Counted from the stretch's first letter, positions 52,217 through 61,645 are shown. The stretch: DNA of 61,707 nucleotides from Candidatus Heimdallarchaeota archaeon (GCA_016840095.1 JAEOSZ010000058.1:1-61707), one strand, 5' to 3'. Translations and numbers: made by a program. The notes: generated from the sequence alone by a model not told the origin.

Positions 52217-52369
52217 ATGGACAAAGATTGTAAAGGAAAACATCACAACTGTGGAGAATTCAAAGGTAATGAAGACAAGGAAACAAAGCTGAAACATCTC
52301 AAAGAATGCAAGGAAGGCTTGTTGAAAAAGATCGAAAAAATAGACAAAGCTATCAGTGATTTAGAATAG
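52217..52369 (+). CDS. Small Cys/His + coiled-coil protein (50 aa; not in the ORF track)
   Basis: Hand translation MDKDCKGKHHNCGEFKGNEDKETKLKHLKECKEGLLKKIEKIDKAISDLE; AGGT and a TATA box upstream. Confidence 0.65.
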   Translation: MDKDCKGKHHNCGEFKGNEDKETKLKHLKECKEGLLKKIEKIDKAISDLE

Positions 52370-52382
52370 CAGCTTCCTCTTT

Positions 52383-52835
52383 CTACTCTTTTTTAGGAAA
52401 GTATTGGCTCAATTCCCATAGAGGTGGAACTAACTCAAGTTCTACTAGCATATCAAATAGAGAAAATGCCCCCCATCGATTTATTACCTTTCCATCACAA
52501 TCAATTTCTAGAATTGCCATCGCTTCAAGTTCGACTTTCTTATTTGATGGTTCAAAGCCCCAAGCATTTCCACTGTGTACTGCAGATGCTTTATAATGTA
52601 CCCAAACTTTTTTCTCATCTGCAATGATGTTTTGAATCTTATATGTCAAATCATGAAAAGCTGATCTGAAGTATTTCATCTCGTGAATTACTTGTTCTGG
52701 TCCCTTCTTAGGAATTTGTACCCACTCTGGATCATAATCTGGATGAATTATTTGATGTGCTAGGTCAAAATCAGGTTTACTCCACATTTCTTCAAACCAT
52801 AATCTACCTATTTCCTTGTTCCTTTCAACTGACAT
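52383..52835 (-). CDS. SnoaL-like ester cyclase / NTF2-fold protein
   Basis: NKEI.R.WFEE.W, FRSAFHDL, G.EPSNKKV. Confidence 0.85.
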   Translation of the reverse strand: MSVERNKEIGRLWFEEMWSKPDFDLAHQIIHPDYDPEWVQIPKKGPEQVIHEMKYFRSAFHDLTYKIQNIIADEKKVWVHYKASAVHSGNAWGFEPSNKKVELEAMAILEIDCDGKVINRWGAFSLFDMLVELELVPPLWELSQYFPKKE

Positions 52836-52886
52836 AAACTAGCAAGGTATGAAGCGTTAATATTTGTTCTGGATTTTCAAATTCTG

Positions 52887-53846
52887 TTAAAGTAAATCTA
52901 ATATCAGTTTTTTCGCTTCAAGATACTTATCTTTTTGATTAGATTCACTAAAAAAACCTGCAGCAGTCATTCCTATAAACAACTTATAGCACTGAAGCCT
53001 TTCATCATAGTTTTCAAAATCCAATCTTTCCGAACTCTTGTATTTCTCACAGTATAATTTAGAATAAGTATTTTCAGGTCGAAAGCACCAAAAGTCTATC
53101 CAAGCAATATCATAAACAAAATCACCAAAAAGTGAATGCTCCCAATCAAATATTGCAGTAATTTTTCCATTTTTATCTGCTAAAACATTATCATACCCAT
53201 AATCAGCATGAACTAAATATCGTTTTACTGAGCAAAATTCAGTGAGTTCGAGTATTTTACTTAAGCCATTTTCGTATAACTCTTTTTCATAAATTCCAGT
53301 TGAATATTTACTATTAATATAGATTTTTTGTTTTTCTATCAAATCTAGAATGTGTTCGTTCATAGAGTTGAAATGGGCTTTGCTCCATTCTTGCCATTTT
53401 CCATAGCCTTGTGTTTTAGAAACATCAACTAGATGAATTTGATGAAGATACTCTATTAAGAGATTATCAATAGATATAGCTTCGTCCTCTGGGAAGAGAT
53501 GTACTGGATTACCCGATGCTTTTTCGACTATGGTGTAGACAAATTTCTCTCCCTTATCTTCTTTGAAAACCCCATGTTGAATTGTCTTTGGTACTGGTAT
53601 GTCAAAACCTTGTTCCTTTAGGACATTAGCTATAATTATTTCCTTATGGAATGGGTGTTGTATTCTTAATCTCTTTCTCACTCTGCGAACTTTGATAACA
53701 AATTCATCGGATTGAGCTTCAAAAGAGAATGCCTTTGATAATTCCCCTCCTTTTAGTGTCTTTACATTACTTATGTTATTACTGAAATTCTTAATTAGAA
53801 AATCATAAACTTCAGCTGTTTCAATTTCAGTTTTCAATGAAGACAT
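52887..53846 (-). CDS. Aminoglycoside phosphotransferase-family kinase (hygromycin APH(4)-like)
   Basis: GELSKAFSF, LVHADYGYDNVL, ITAIFDWE, FGD. Confidence 0.8.
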   Translation of the reverse strand: MSSLKTEIETAEVYDFLIKNFSNNISNVKTLKGGELSKAFSFEAQSDEFVIKVRRVRKRLRIQHPFHKEIIIANVLKEQGFDIPVPKTIQHGVFKEDKGEKFVYTIVEKASGNPVHLFPEDEAISIDNLLIEYLHQIHLVDVSKTQGYGKWQEWSKAHFNSMNEHILDLIEKQKIYINSKYSTGIYEKELYENGLSKILELTEFCSVKRYLVHADYGYDNVLADKNGKITAIFDWEHSLFGDFVYDIAWIDFWCFRPENTYSKLYCEKYKSSERLDFENYDERLQCYKLFIGMTAAGFFSESNQKDKYLEAKKLILDLL

Positions 53847-53932
53847 GTAATAACACTGATACTTTGTACCACTAGTTTTTATAAGAAGATTTCGTGAAAA
53901 ATGTTTAAGTAGAGAGTTCTATTATTATAAAC

Positions 53933-55429
53933 TTGGTTTTTATGCTGACAAAGTTAGTTAACAGAAGTATACTACTTATCTTAATTTTGAGTTTTTCATT
54001 TGTTGCTATTTCTGATGGAGCTTATGCTGATTCCTTTGAAGATTCTTGGACTTGGCTTTCTGGAAGTGAGTTTGATAGTCAAGCTCCTTTATATGGTTTA
54101 ATTGGAGTCGAAGATTCAAATGCCTATCCTGGTGCGAGAGAAGGAAGTGCTACAATCTTGGATGCATCTAGAAATTGTTTGTGGATTTTTGGTGGATACG
54201 GTTATGATAATGACAGTTATACAGGATACATGAACGATTTATGGCGATTCAACATTACAAGCCAAAAATGGGCTTGGCTTTCTGGTTCTGCTTATAGAAA
54301 TAATCCGTATTATTTTGATACATGGAAAGAATTCAATGCAAGCAATGTCCCAAGTGCTCGATATGAATGTGCTTCTTGGATGGATCAAGAAGGTAATCTG
54401 TGGATATTTGGTGGTCAAGACCACACAAATTACTTCAAGGCTGATATGTGGTGCTACAATATTACTTCTAATTCTTGGGCAATAATGAGTGGAAGTATTA
54501 TAGCAGATGATTCAGGATATTTTAGTCCTCAAGGAGTTTACCATGTCTTGAACTTTCCACCAGCTAGAGCTACCTGTGCTTCATGGACTGCAGAAGATGG
54601 TGGATTCTATCTTTTTGGTGGGCAACTACCTAGTTCCAATCTAGCAAGTGATGTTTGGAAATTCGATACAACAATAAATCAATGGGCATGGATAGGGGGA
54701 AGTTCTTCTCCTAATACGGCAGGTATTTATGGAGTCCAATTTGTTGAAAGTGCTGTAAATATACCAGGTTCAAGAGCTACCGTAGCTGCAGTTAGTAATG
54801 GAACATATGCATACGTTTTTGGCGGTTGGGGAAGAAGTGAAACAGGTGCAGTAGGTTATCTAAATGACTTCTGGAGATTTAGTACTATAAACTTCCAATG
54901 GGCATGGTTATCAGGCTCAAAAGCAACTAATAGTGCAGGTTCCTATGGTGTAAAGGATGTCTTTAACTCTTCTAACAGTCCTCCCTCTAGAAGGCATGGT
55001 GTTTCTTGCATAGACACAAATGACGATCTTTGGTTATTTGGTGGATATCATCCTCTTAGTGGTGGTGGTTTATTGAATGATCTTTGGAAATATGATTTCG
55101 ATTTATGGCAATGGGCTTGGATATCAGGTAATAATACTCTAAATGCTGGAGGAAATTATGGAGTAGAAGATGAACCAAGCAGCTCAAATTTCCCTGGTAG
55201 TAGGCAACGAACAAATATGCACTGTGATGCAGATGATAATATTTGGATATTTGGTGGTAATGGTCTTGATAGTACAGCTGATCAAGGTCATCTTAATGAC
55301 TTGTGGATGTTTACTGAAGATGGCATCCTTGTGATACATGAGTACTCATACTACCAATATACAATAGTATTTGTCTTAGGGACACTAGTGGCAGTTTTTC
55401 TAAGTAAGAAGAAGAAAGAAGCTTCATAA
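53933..55429 (+). CDS. Secreted Kelch beta-propeller surface protein with xEY anchor
   Basis: Six repeats P.AR...LW(I/L)FGG...(N/S/A)D(L/V/M/F)W...W.W.SG; tail IHEY-hydrophobic-KKKK. Confidence 0.85.
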   Translation: MVFMLTKLVNRSILLILILSFSFVAISDGAYADSFEDSWTWLSGSEFDSQAPLYGLIGVEDSNAYPGAREGSATILDASRNCLWIFGGYGYDNDSYTGYMNDLWRFNITSQKWAWLSGSAYRNNPYYFDTWKEFNASNVPSARYECASWMDQEGNLWIFGGQDHTNYFKADMWCYNITSNSWAIMSGSIIADDSGYFSPQGVYHVLNFPPARATCASWTAEDGGFYLFGGQLPSSNLASDVWKFDTTINQWAWIGGSSSPNTAGIYGVQFVESAVNIPGSRATVAAVSNGTYAYVFGGWGRSETGAVGYLNDFWRFSTINFQWAWLSGSKATNSAGSYGVKDVFNSSNSPPSRRHGVSCIDTNDDLWLFGGYHPLSGGGLLNDLWKYDFDLWQWAWISGNNTLNAGGNYGVEDEPSSSNFPGSRQRTNMHCDADDNIWIFGGNGLDSTADQGHLNDLWMFTEDGILVIHEYSYYQYTIVFVLGTLVAVFLSKKKKEAS

Positions 55430-55496
55430 CAACTTCATACTTCTTTTTTTTTTCTCTATTATTATATGTAATTGTCTTTCTGTCTCATGTTGAATC

Positions 55497-56255
55497 TCAA
55501 TAGTCCATTCTGTGTAAATATGCTGATAATCTTGATGGAAAATTAGTTAAGATTCCATCAACAGCTTTACCACATAGTAAAGCGAATTCATCTAATTCAT
55601 CAGCACAACAAGCGTTCACTTTGAACTCTACATCTTTAAGAAGTAGCCAATCATCCTCAGCCCAGTTTCTCCATTGAATTTGTCCGATACCTATATTATT
55701 TTCGTACATCTCATTTAGAAATTCAGCAGGTGTTCTTCCTTTCTGCATTAGACCTATCTGGTGCTTGCTTGTTACGTCCTTTATTTTTCTGATTGTTTCA
55801 GAATTTTTAACAGAAATATAACCTAAACCTAGGGTTTTCCTACAATTGTCTAAAACATCTAGAAGTTGATAGATGAGTTTATCTTCGTTTCCTTTGATTT
55901 CGATGATTAAAGAAGCATTTTGTGGTGTCCCTGAAATTGCTTCTTCTAAAGTAGGGATTTTCATTTCTGAAAAGCTTTTATCAAACCATGATCCAACATC
56001 GAACTTCTTAAGTTCCTTGAGCTTATAATCACGTATAGTTTTGTCAGATCTAATCTCAAATATTCGTTCCACACCCTCATCATGGAAAACAACTATTTGA
56101 TCATCTAGGGTAAGTTGCACGTCAAGTTCAACAATATCTGCATTTTGCTTAATAGCTTCCCAGAATGCTTGTATTGTGTTCTCAGGAAACTCACCTGATG
56201 CACCTCTATGAGCAATAATCAAAGGCCTTTTCATTTCTCCAAACAATTCAATCAA
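55497..56255 (-). CDS. Glycerophosphodiester phosphodiesterase
   Basis: IAHRG, PENT, ELDVQ, VVFHD, IEIK, DGILTNFP. Confidence 0.92.
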   Translation of the reverse strand: MIELFGEMKRPLIIAHRGASGEFPENTIQAFWEAIKQNADIVELDVQLTLDDQIVVFHDEGVERIFEIRSDKTIRDYKLKELKKFDVGSWFDKSFSEMKIPTLEEAISGTPQNASLIIEIKGNEDKLIYQLLDVLDNCRKTLGLGYISVKNSETIRKIKDVTSKHQIGLMQKGRTPAEFLNEMYENNIGIGQIQWRNWAEDDWLLLKDVEFKVNACCADELDEFALLCGKAVDGILTNFPSRLSAYLHRMDY

Positions 56256-56618
56256 ATATATCTAAGAAATAGTTTCTTATAAAAGATATTTGTCAAATAG
56301 TTTGATCCATTTCTGTTTAGTTTAAATAAAAAATAACCAATTATGATTGGGAAGTTAGTTACCACTTGTTAGTCTATGTGACCACCTCCAAATAAGGACT
56401 GTAATCAAGCCAGCAAAGAAACAGAACACTTTCCACTTTACCGATCTAGAATTGGGATCCAACATGCGATACAAAAGCACTAGAGATAGTGTGAACGGGG
56501 TAGGAGGATAAGTGATGTACCCTGTAGAATGTGTGTATACCAGCAGGTATGAAACTTTAATCGTCTACTAAATATGTTCAACTATGTTTGGAATCAGCAC
56601 CAACATGACAAAGACACA

Positions 56619-57923
56619 TCATAAGGTTCCCCCCACTATGCTGACTAATGGATAAATCTGCATTAGTGGTTCTAGATCATAAATGTGTTCAATCAAATCA
56701 GCACTGAAAACTTCTCTCATTAGAGGAAGTTTTCTTCTGAAGCACATGTATCCTTTAACTTCTCTGAAATAGTTTGCTTTAACTCTGTCCAACATCTTTT
56801 CTCCTTTAGAGAATTGGATCTCAACGTTCTTTACTCCCTTCTTACTCAGATTTAATGTAAAACCTTTAACAGGCAGACGGAATTCATACCCCCCTCCATG
56901 AGGACTAAAATTGACTTTTTTAAGTTCGTTTCTATATCCTAAAGCTTTCACAGCATCATATTGCTCCCATTTTCTCAAAAATTCATCACTTAAATTTTGT
57001 TTAATTTCTACTATTATCATTCCTTCTTCAGAATTGAATGCTATAGGTACTTCACCATCATGTACTTGCACACCTAATCTGTGAAAATCACCATTCTCTG
57101 AAAGTCCTTGATGGGTTATTTCCTCCAATATTTTGAACCTTCCTTCTCCTATTATTTCCTCTAAAACTTCCTCTCGATAAAAAGCGTTTATCTTATCTCC
57201 TTCATGATATTTTTCTAAGTAAACTGTTCTAGCATCTCCTTCTAACAGTTCAACAAGTCCATGAGGTGTTTCTACTTTATGATATCCCTCATGACCATTG
57301 AGTCAATCAAGATTATAAAGAAAACGAGTTCCAAGTTTTCCACTACTGTGGACATTGATGTATCGTTTCATTGTGTCTTCACCAGTAATTGGATCTTTTA
57401 CACAATAAACAGCTGAAAAGTGGTTTCCTTTTCCAAGTTGTTGTAAGTAATCCTTGCCAATTTGTTTCTGTTTGTGTTTTAGATGGTTAACAAGGGCAAC
57501 ATCCGTTTTATCCCAAATTAGCTCTCCAATAGTATATCCACATGCATTAGGCATAGAATTGTTAGTTGAAATCATACCAGAAAATTCTCCTTTAACTAGA
57601 GCTCCATAGCTAAAACCTCTCTCATTTCTAGTTTTGTTAAAGGAAATAGTACAATCTGGGGCAAAAAGGATAAAGGGTTTACAATCTTCTACATTTGCTC
57701 CAAGTTCATTTGCTGCATAGAGTATTTTCCCAAATCCAATGCTCATTATAGTACATGCAATCGGAACTACTCTTTCTCCTGCTCCCAGACAAAAAATCCT
57801 TTTGTCTGCTTCTTCAATCCAAGGTTTCATCTCTTCAGATACGTTGTTGATCTTAAGTGGAAAGAATTTATTTTGTTTTTGAAGAGAAAGTTCCTCTGTC
57901 ACAAGCTTAACAAATAGATTCAA
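56619..57923 (-). pseudogene. Divergent RtcB-like protein interrupted by one in-frame TGA (57303-57305)
   Basis: ORFs 57303-57923 and 56619-57128 share a frame and the 58 intervening codons are stop-free. Motifs NACG, LGKGNHF, VHSSG, THQG and SPHGGG lie on both sides of the TGA. Confidence 0.65.
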
Positions 57924-57972
57924 GAAATAAAAAACTTGTTAAAATGGTTTTTTTTACCACAATTTTGCTTTA

Positions 57973-59556
57973 TTAAGTATTTGTTACATATTTTATCCTT
58001 TCAGGCAACTTCATTGGTTCTGCAATATCTGAAACATGGAATAAACCAATAGTTCTATACTTAAATTTGTTAATAATGTATTCTTCTACCTCGTAGTATT
58101 TACCTATGTTAGTTTTATATATTTTAATTAAATTGAAGCTGGTTCCCTCTTTTTTAGTTATATTGTAACTACTAAGGGTTCCAGAATTAACAAAAACTGT
58201 ATCTTCAACCTGCCAACAACCTGCTTGATTTTTAGCTCCTGTTAAAACTAGATTTACTCTATTTCTTGTTAGAGCAGCTAAAACATCACCTGCGTCTGTT
58301 AATTCAGCATCATGTTTGGTTCTAGGTAAAGGAATCAATGTATGATGAAATGCCACTACACCTAGTTTTGAAGAATTAGCAAGTTGTTCAATTATATTGC
58401 TTGTGTTACCTCTTCCAAGTCTTCCAAAATGCTCATCAATTATACAGCTATTATACCCTAGAACAAGAAGATTGTCATTTTCAAATATAGGGAGAGGTTT
58501 ACTTACATATTCTGGAAACAATTGACACCCTAGAGGAAAACTATCTCTATCACCAGGTACTATTAGTTTGGGTCGTTCTATCTTTTCCAGGAGGACTTTG
58601 GACCATTCAAATTCATTTAAGTATGAATTACCTGTTACTTCGCCACAGTGCACAACTAAATCACAGTGTGTGTCATTAATTGCAGTAACTGCTTTATTGT
58701 AAGATTCAGCATCAAAAAGATGATCAGAAATTGTAGTATTACCTATTTGAATAATCGAAGCAATGGGTTCTTTTTTCATTGGAGGAGTAATTTCTTGAAA
58801 TTTTCCAGAATATTGGATTTTTTCTTCAACAGGATCCTTATTTAACAAAGCGACTCTTATAGCTAAATCATTTGATTTTAAGTCAACATCTATAAGGGTC
58901 ATTGAATATTCCTCTCTATATCTAGTTTTCTTACAAGATAAAGTACCACAGTTGATTATCCAAGCTTGCATAGAGCCATCAGACATACGATAAACATTAC
59001 TAATGTGTCTATGGCCATTGAAAACAAGATGAATATTGTTGTCTAAAATCGCCTTGATTGCATCTCCAGCATCAAAAATTGCACTTCGTTCTCTCCCTGT
59101 ATAAGGGATGGGCAAAGTATGGTGGTGAAGAACTAGTACCTTTAACCAATGTTCAGGTATCTCCTCGAATTCTTCATAAATTCTCTTAATTGCTTTTGGG
59201 CCCATCCTTCCAGAATTACTATCTGGTTCAGTGGAGTCTAAAGCAAGTATTTTGACTTGCTTATTCTTATCTGCATGAACAAAAAATCTCTCTCCGATCA
59301 TTTCTTCCCATAATAAATCTCCAACATTTTTCACATCATGATTTCCAGGAATCATGAAGAATACCTTATCTTTGTTTATCTTTTCTAAATATAATTTGGC
59401 AATCTCATACTGAGCGAGTGTTCCATCATTAGTCAAATCACCACAGTGAATTAGATATTCAGCATCTACAGAATTTGCTATGTCAATCCCTTTGTAAAAC
59501 ATAAGCTCATCAAAGCGTCCTCCAATGTGGGTGTCAGAGATTAAAACAAATCTCAT
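57973..59556 (-). CDS. Tandem calcineurin-like metallophosphoesterase (intact + degenerate domain)
   Basis: Domain 1: DTH / GD / GNHD / HHH / GHRH. Domain 2: NTT / GE / GDRD / FHH / GAKN. Confidence 0.85.
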   Translation of the reverse strand: MRFVLISDTHIGGRFDELMFYKGIDIANSVDAEYLIHCGDLTNDGTLAQYEIAKLYLEKINKDKVFFMIPGNHDVKNVGDLLWEEMIGERFFVHADKNKQVKILALDSTEPDSNSGRMGPKAIKRIYEEFEEIPEHWLKVLVLHHHTLPIPYTGRERSAIFDAGDAIKAILDNNIHLVFNGHRHISNVYRMSDGSMQAWIINCGTLSCKKTRYREEYSMTLIDVDLKSNDLAIRVALLNKDPVEEKIQYSGKFQEITPPMKKEPIASIIQIGNTTISDHLFDAESYNKAVTAINDTHCDLVVHCGEVTGNSYLNEFEWSKVLLEKIERPKLIVPGDRDSFPLGCQLFPEYVSKPLPIFENDNLLVLGYNSCIIDEHFGRLGRGNTSNIIEQLANSSKLGVVAFHHTLIPLPRTKHDAELTDAGDVLAALTRNRVNLVLTGAKNQAGCWQVEDTVFVNSGTLSSYNITKKEGTSFNLIKIYKTNIGKYYEVEEYIINKFKYRTIGLFHVSDIAEPMKLPERIKYVTNT

Positions 59557-59637
59557 AAAACATACATACTCAAACTAGCATATATTTGTTAGGGATAAAA
59601 TAATTATTGAAGTATAAGAAAAAAGAAAAGGAAATCT

Positions 59638-60057
59638 TTAGGAAGAAATCAACTCAAAGACTGCTTGTGCAAGTTCTTCTTTCTTTTTTCTGTGCATTGC
59701 TACATAGTTTTTTACTTTACCTTGCTTCTCTTGAATTGTTCTCTCTATTCCAATAAGAGCATTACTTGGGAAGAACAAATATGTAGCAAATAAGAAAAAC
59801 TCTTTCTGCTGCAGATCCTCAGGAAGGGCTTTTACAAAATCTCTTGCTGGTTTTGCGGCATGTTGAGCAAACAGAATCAAACCATGTACTGGTGTTCCTA
59901 TAATAACTTTTTCTGCATTAATTATATCTTCTTCACTAACATTATTGACTTCTTTACAAACGATATCAATGTCAGCTTTTCTTGCTTTTTCTAAAATAAT
60001 TTCAGCTACCTTCTTGGTATTTCCTGAATGTGAAAAATATGTAATTAGATGTGTCAT
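59638..60057 (-). CDS. Flavodoxin-like protein
   Basis: YFSHSGNTKKVA, IGTPV, FAT. Confidence 0.85.
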   Translation of the reverse strand: MTHLITYFSHSGNTKKVAEIILEKARKADIDIVCKEVNNVSEEDIINAEKVIIGTPVHGLILFAQHAAKPARDFVKALPEDLQQKEFFLFATYLFFPSNALIGIERTIQEKQGKVKNYVAMHRKKKEELAQAVFELISS

Positions 60058-60113
60058 CGGGGGAATTTCCTCTCTTGTTTTATAGTTAGTTCGTTACACT
60101 GGTTTCTTAAATG

Positions 60114-60995
60114 TTAACATTCAAAAGATAAAGTCTCACCAACTTTAAAAGATTTAACTAGATTTTCACCAAAGTAGTTTTTTAGGTACTTAGTTGCTTT
60201 TTCTCCAGTACAGTGACTAAAGAATAACATAGGTTTTTTATAGACTTCTTCTAGTTTCTTAGCAACATATTCTAGATCTTTTTCTTCTTTTAGAGCTACT
60301 AGATGTGTGCCACCTATTATCATTTTAATGTCTTCTTGAGGGTAAAGCTCCTTAGCTCTAGCACAAATATTGAGTACCCCTGCATGACCACAACCAAGAA
60401 CGAGAACAATTCCTTCTTTGGTTTTTAGAGCTAATGAAAGGTCATCTAGAATGTCGTCTTCTACAAATTTTTTATCTATCTTAATAGCCAATGTTTTGTT
60501 TTTACTGTCCTTTTCAGGCCATTCAGATATTTCACCTATGGTTGTTAAGAATGGAGTTAACTCAAATGGTTCTGTAACAGGTTTGGGAATATATCTGTCC
60601 TGAAGTTCTTTGGATAGATTAGGAAAACCGAAATTAACCATTTTGTACTTTAGATAAGCCGCAAATCTTGTAATGAAGTTTGCAACTCTTCTTTCTTTAA
60701 ATGAATAAGGATGACCAATGATCTCAAGAGGGGTAGTATCACCTCTTGCTGATAACAAGTACTCAATTCCAAAAGTGTGATCATAATGTCCATGGCTTAG
60801 AATTAGTTTGTCTATAGTTTTAGGATCAATTTCTAATAACCTCATGTTATTCTCTAATATTAAACTTTGATCACCTGAATCAAAAAGGATTTTCTGATTC
60901 TCAAACTCTATTAAATAGGATAGACCATCTGAAGAGATAAAATCTTTGCTTGTTAAAGCAAATTTGTCAACAATATTGGTTAATTTTACTTGCAT
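60114..60995 (-). CDS. MBL-fold metallo-hydrolase
   Basis: GLSYLIE, LFDSG, SHGHYDH, GCGHAG, GGTHL, SHCTG. Confidence 0.88.
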   Translation of the reverse strand: MQVKLTNIVDKFALTSKDFISSDGLSYLIEFENQKILFDSGDQSLILENNMRLLEIDPKTIDKLILSHGHYDHTFGIEYLLSARGDTTPLEIIGHPYSFKERRVANFITRFAAYLKYKMVNFGFPNLSKELQDRYIPKPVTEPFELTPFLTTIGEISEWPEKDSKNKTLAIKIDKKFVEDDILDDLSLALKTKEGIVLVLGCGHAGVLNICARAKELYPQEDIKMIIGGTHLVALKEEKDLEYVAKKLEEVYKKPMLFFSHCTGEKATKYLKNYFGENLVKSFKVGETLSFEC

Positions 60996-61095
60996 TTGTT
61001 TCAGTAGGTATTAGTTCTGTGATTTTATATCTTTATCCCAATTTACTTAATAGTTCTCCGACATCTTTTTATTTTTAAGAGAAATAACTGGGAAT

Positions 61096-61305
61096 ATGCA
61101 CAAACTTTTTGCAAAAGCTGGCAAGAAAGAAGTTAGAAAAAAGATACCACAACGTGAGAAAAAAGAGAAACGTTTGAGTCCTGAAAAAGAATATGAAAAC
61201 TGTCCAGTATGTAAAAGAAAGATGGAAAAAGTTGTAAATTATAAGGAATGGCCTCGTCGCTGTGAACACTGCAGACTTACAATAAGAGAACCAAGATATA
61301 TATAG
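61096..61305 (+). CDS. Small basic zinc-ribbon protein 1
   Basis: MHKL start, CPVC...CEHC. Confidence 0.65.
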   Translation: MHKLFAKAGKKEVRKKIPQREKKEKRLSPEKEYENCPVCKRKMEKVVNYKEWPRRCEHCRLTIREPRYI

Positions 61306-61316
61306 GATTGTTGTCT

Positions 61317-61472
61317 ATGCATAAACTTCCAGGAAAAATCTTTAGAGTAACAAAAACTGTCAAAAAAACTACTGCTTTAGCAGAAGAAAAAAGATGTCCA
61401 GTTTGTCAAAAGGAAATTGACCCTAATTGGCGATTCTGCAAGAATTGCGGTTTCAAACTTCACACAGATTAA
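61317..61472 (+). CDS. Small basic zinc-ribbon protein 2 (51 aa; not in the ORF track)
   Basis: Hand translation MHKLPGKIFRVTKTVKKTTALAEEKRCPVCQKEIDPNWRFCKNCGFKLHTD. Confidence 0.7.
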   Translation: MHKLPGKIFRVTKTVKKTTALAEEKRCPVCQKEIDPNWRFCKNCGFKLHTD

Positions 61473-61578
61473 TTTCGTCCCGAATTCTGTTATTAATTAA
61501 GTTTATAGTCTAGTTGTTATGAAATGCTATTTTAAACTCTATATTCTTGTTCTAAGTCAAATTCTAATATTTATGGTT

Positions 61579-61645
61579 TTTTTTGTCCCGAGACAATAAT
61601 CTTTATATATTTGTGTGAGAATCTTTTTTGTCTCGAGACGATAAT
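61579..61645. repeat. Two 22-bp direct repeats with a palindromic core, flanking a TATA box
   Basis: TTTTTTGTCCCGAGACAATAAT (61579-61600) and TTTTTTGTCTCGAGACGATAAT (61624-61645), 20/22 identical, with TTTATATA between them. Confidence 0.75.

Noticed and set aside
56340-56618. SECIS, tRNA, SRP or RNase P RNA
   Set aside because: No convincing AUGA/GA SECIS core, cloverleaf or conserved SRP/RNase P motif was recognised by eye; kept only as an unexplained interval.
56619-57923. Genome-wide TGA reassignment (alternative genetic code)
   Set aside because: Other genes end in TGA at expected lengths (e.g. stops at 37609 and 42033), and no other split gene was seen.
1018-61269. The many 60-127-aa ORFs overlapping longer genes on the opposite strand or in other frames (e.g. 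1620-2003, 9371-9715, 32805-33128, 50797-51153, 61075-61269)
   Set aside because: They are shadow ORFs within well-supported genes and have no recognisable motifs.
61579-61645. CRISPR mini-array
   Set aside because: Only two 22-bp units; the 23-bp 'spacer' contains a TATA box; no cas genes in the window.
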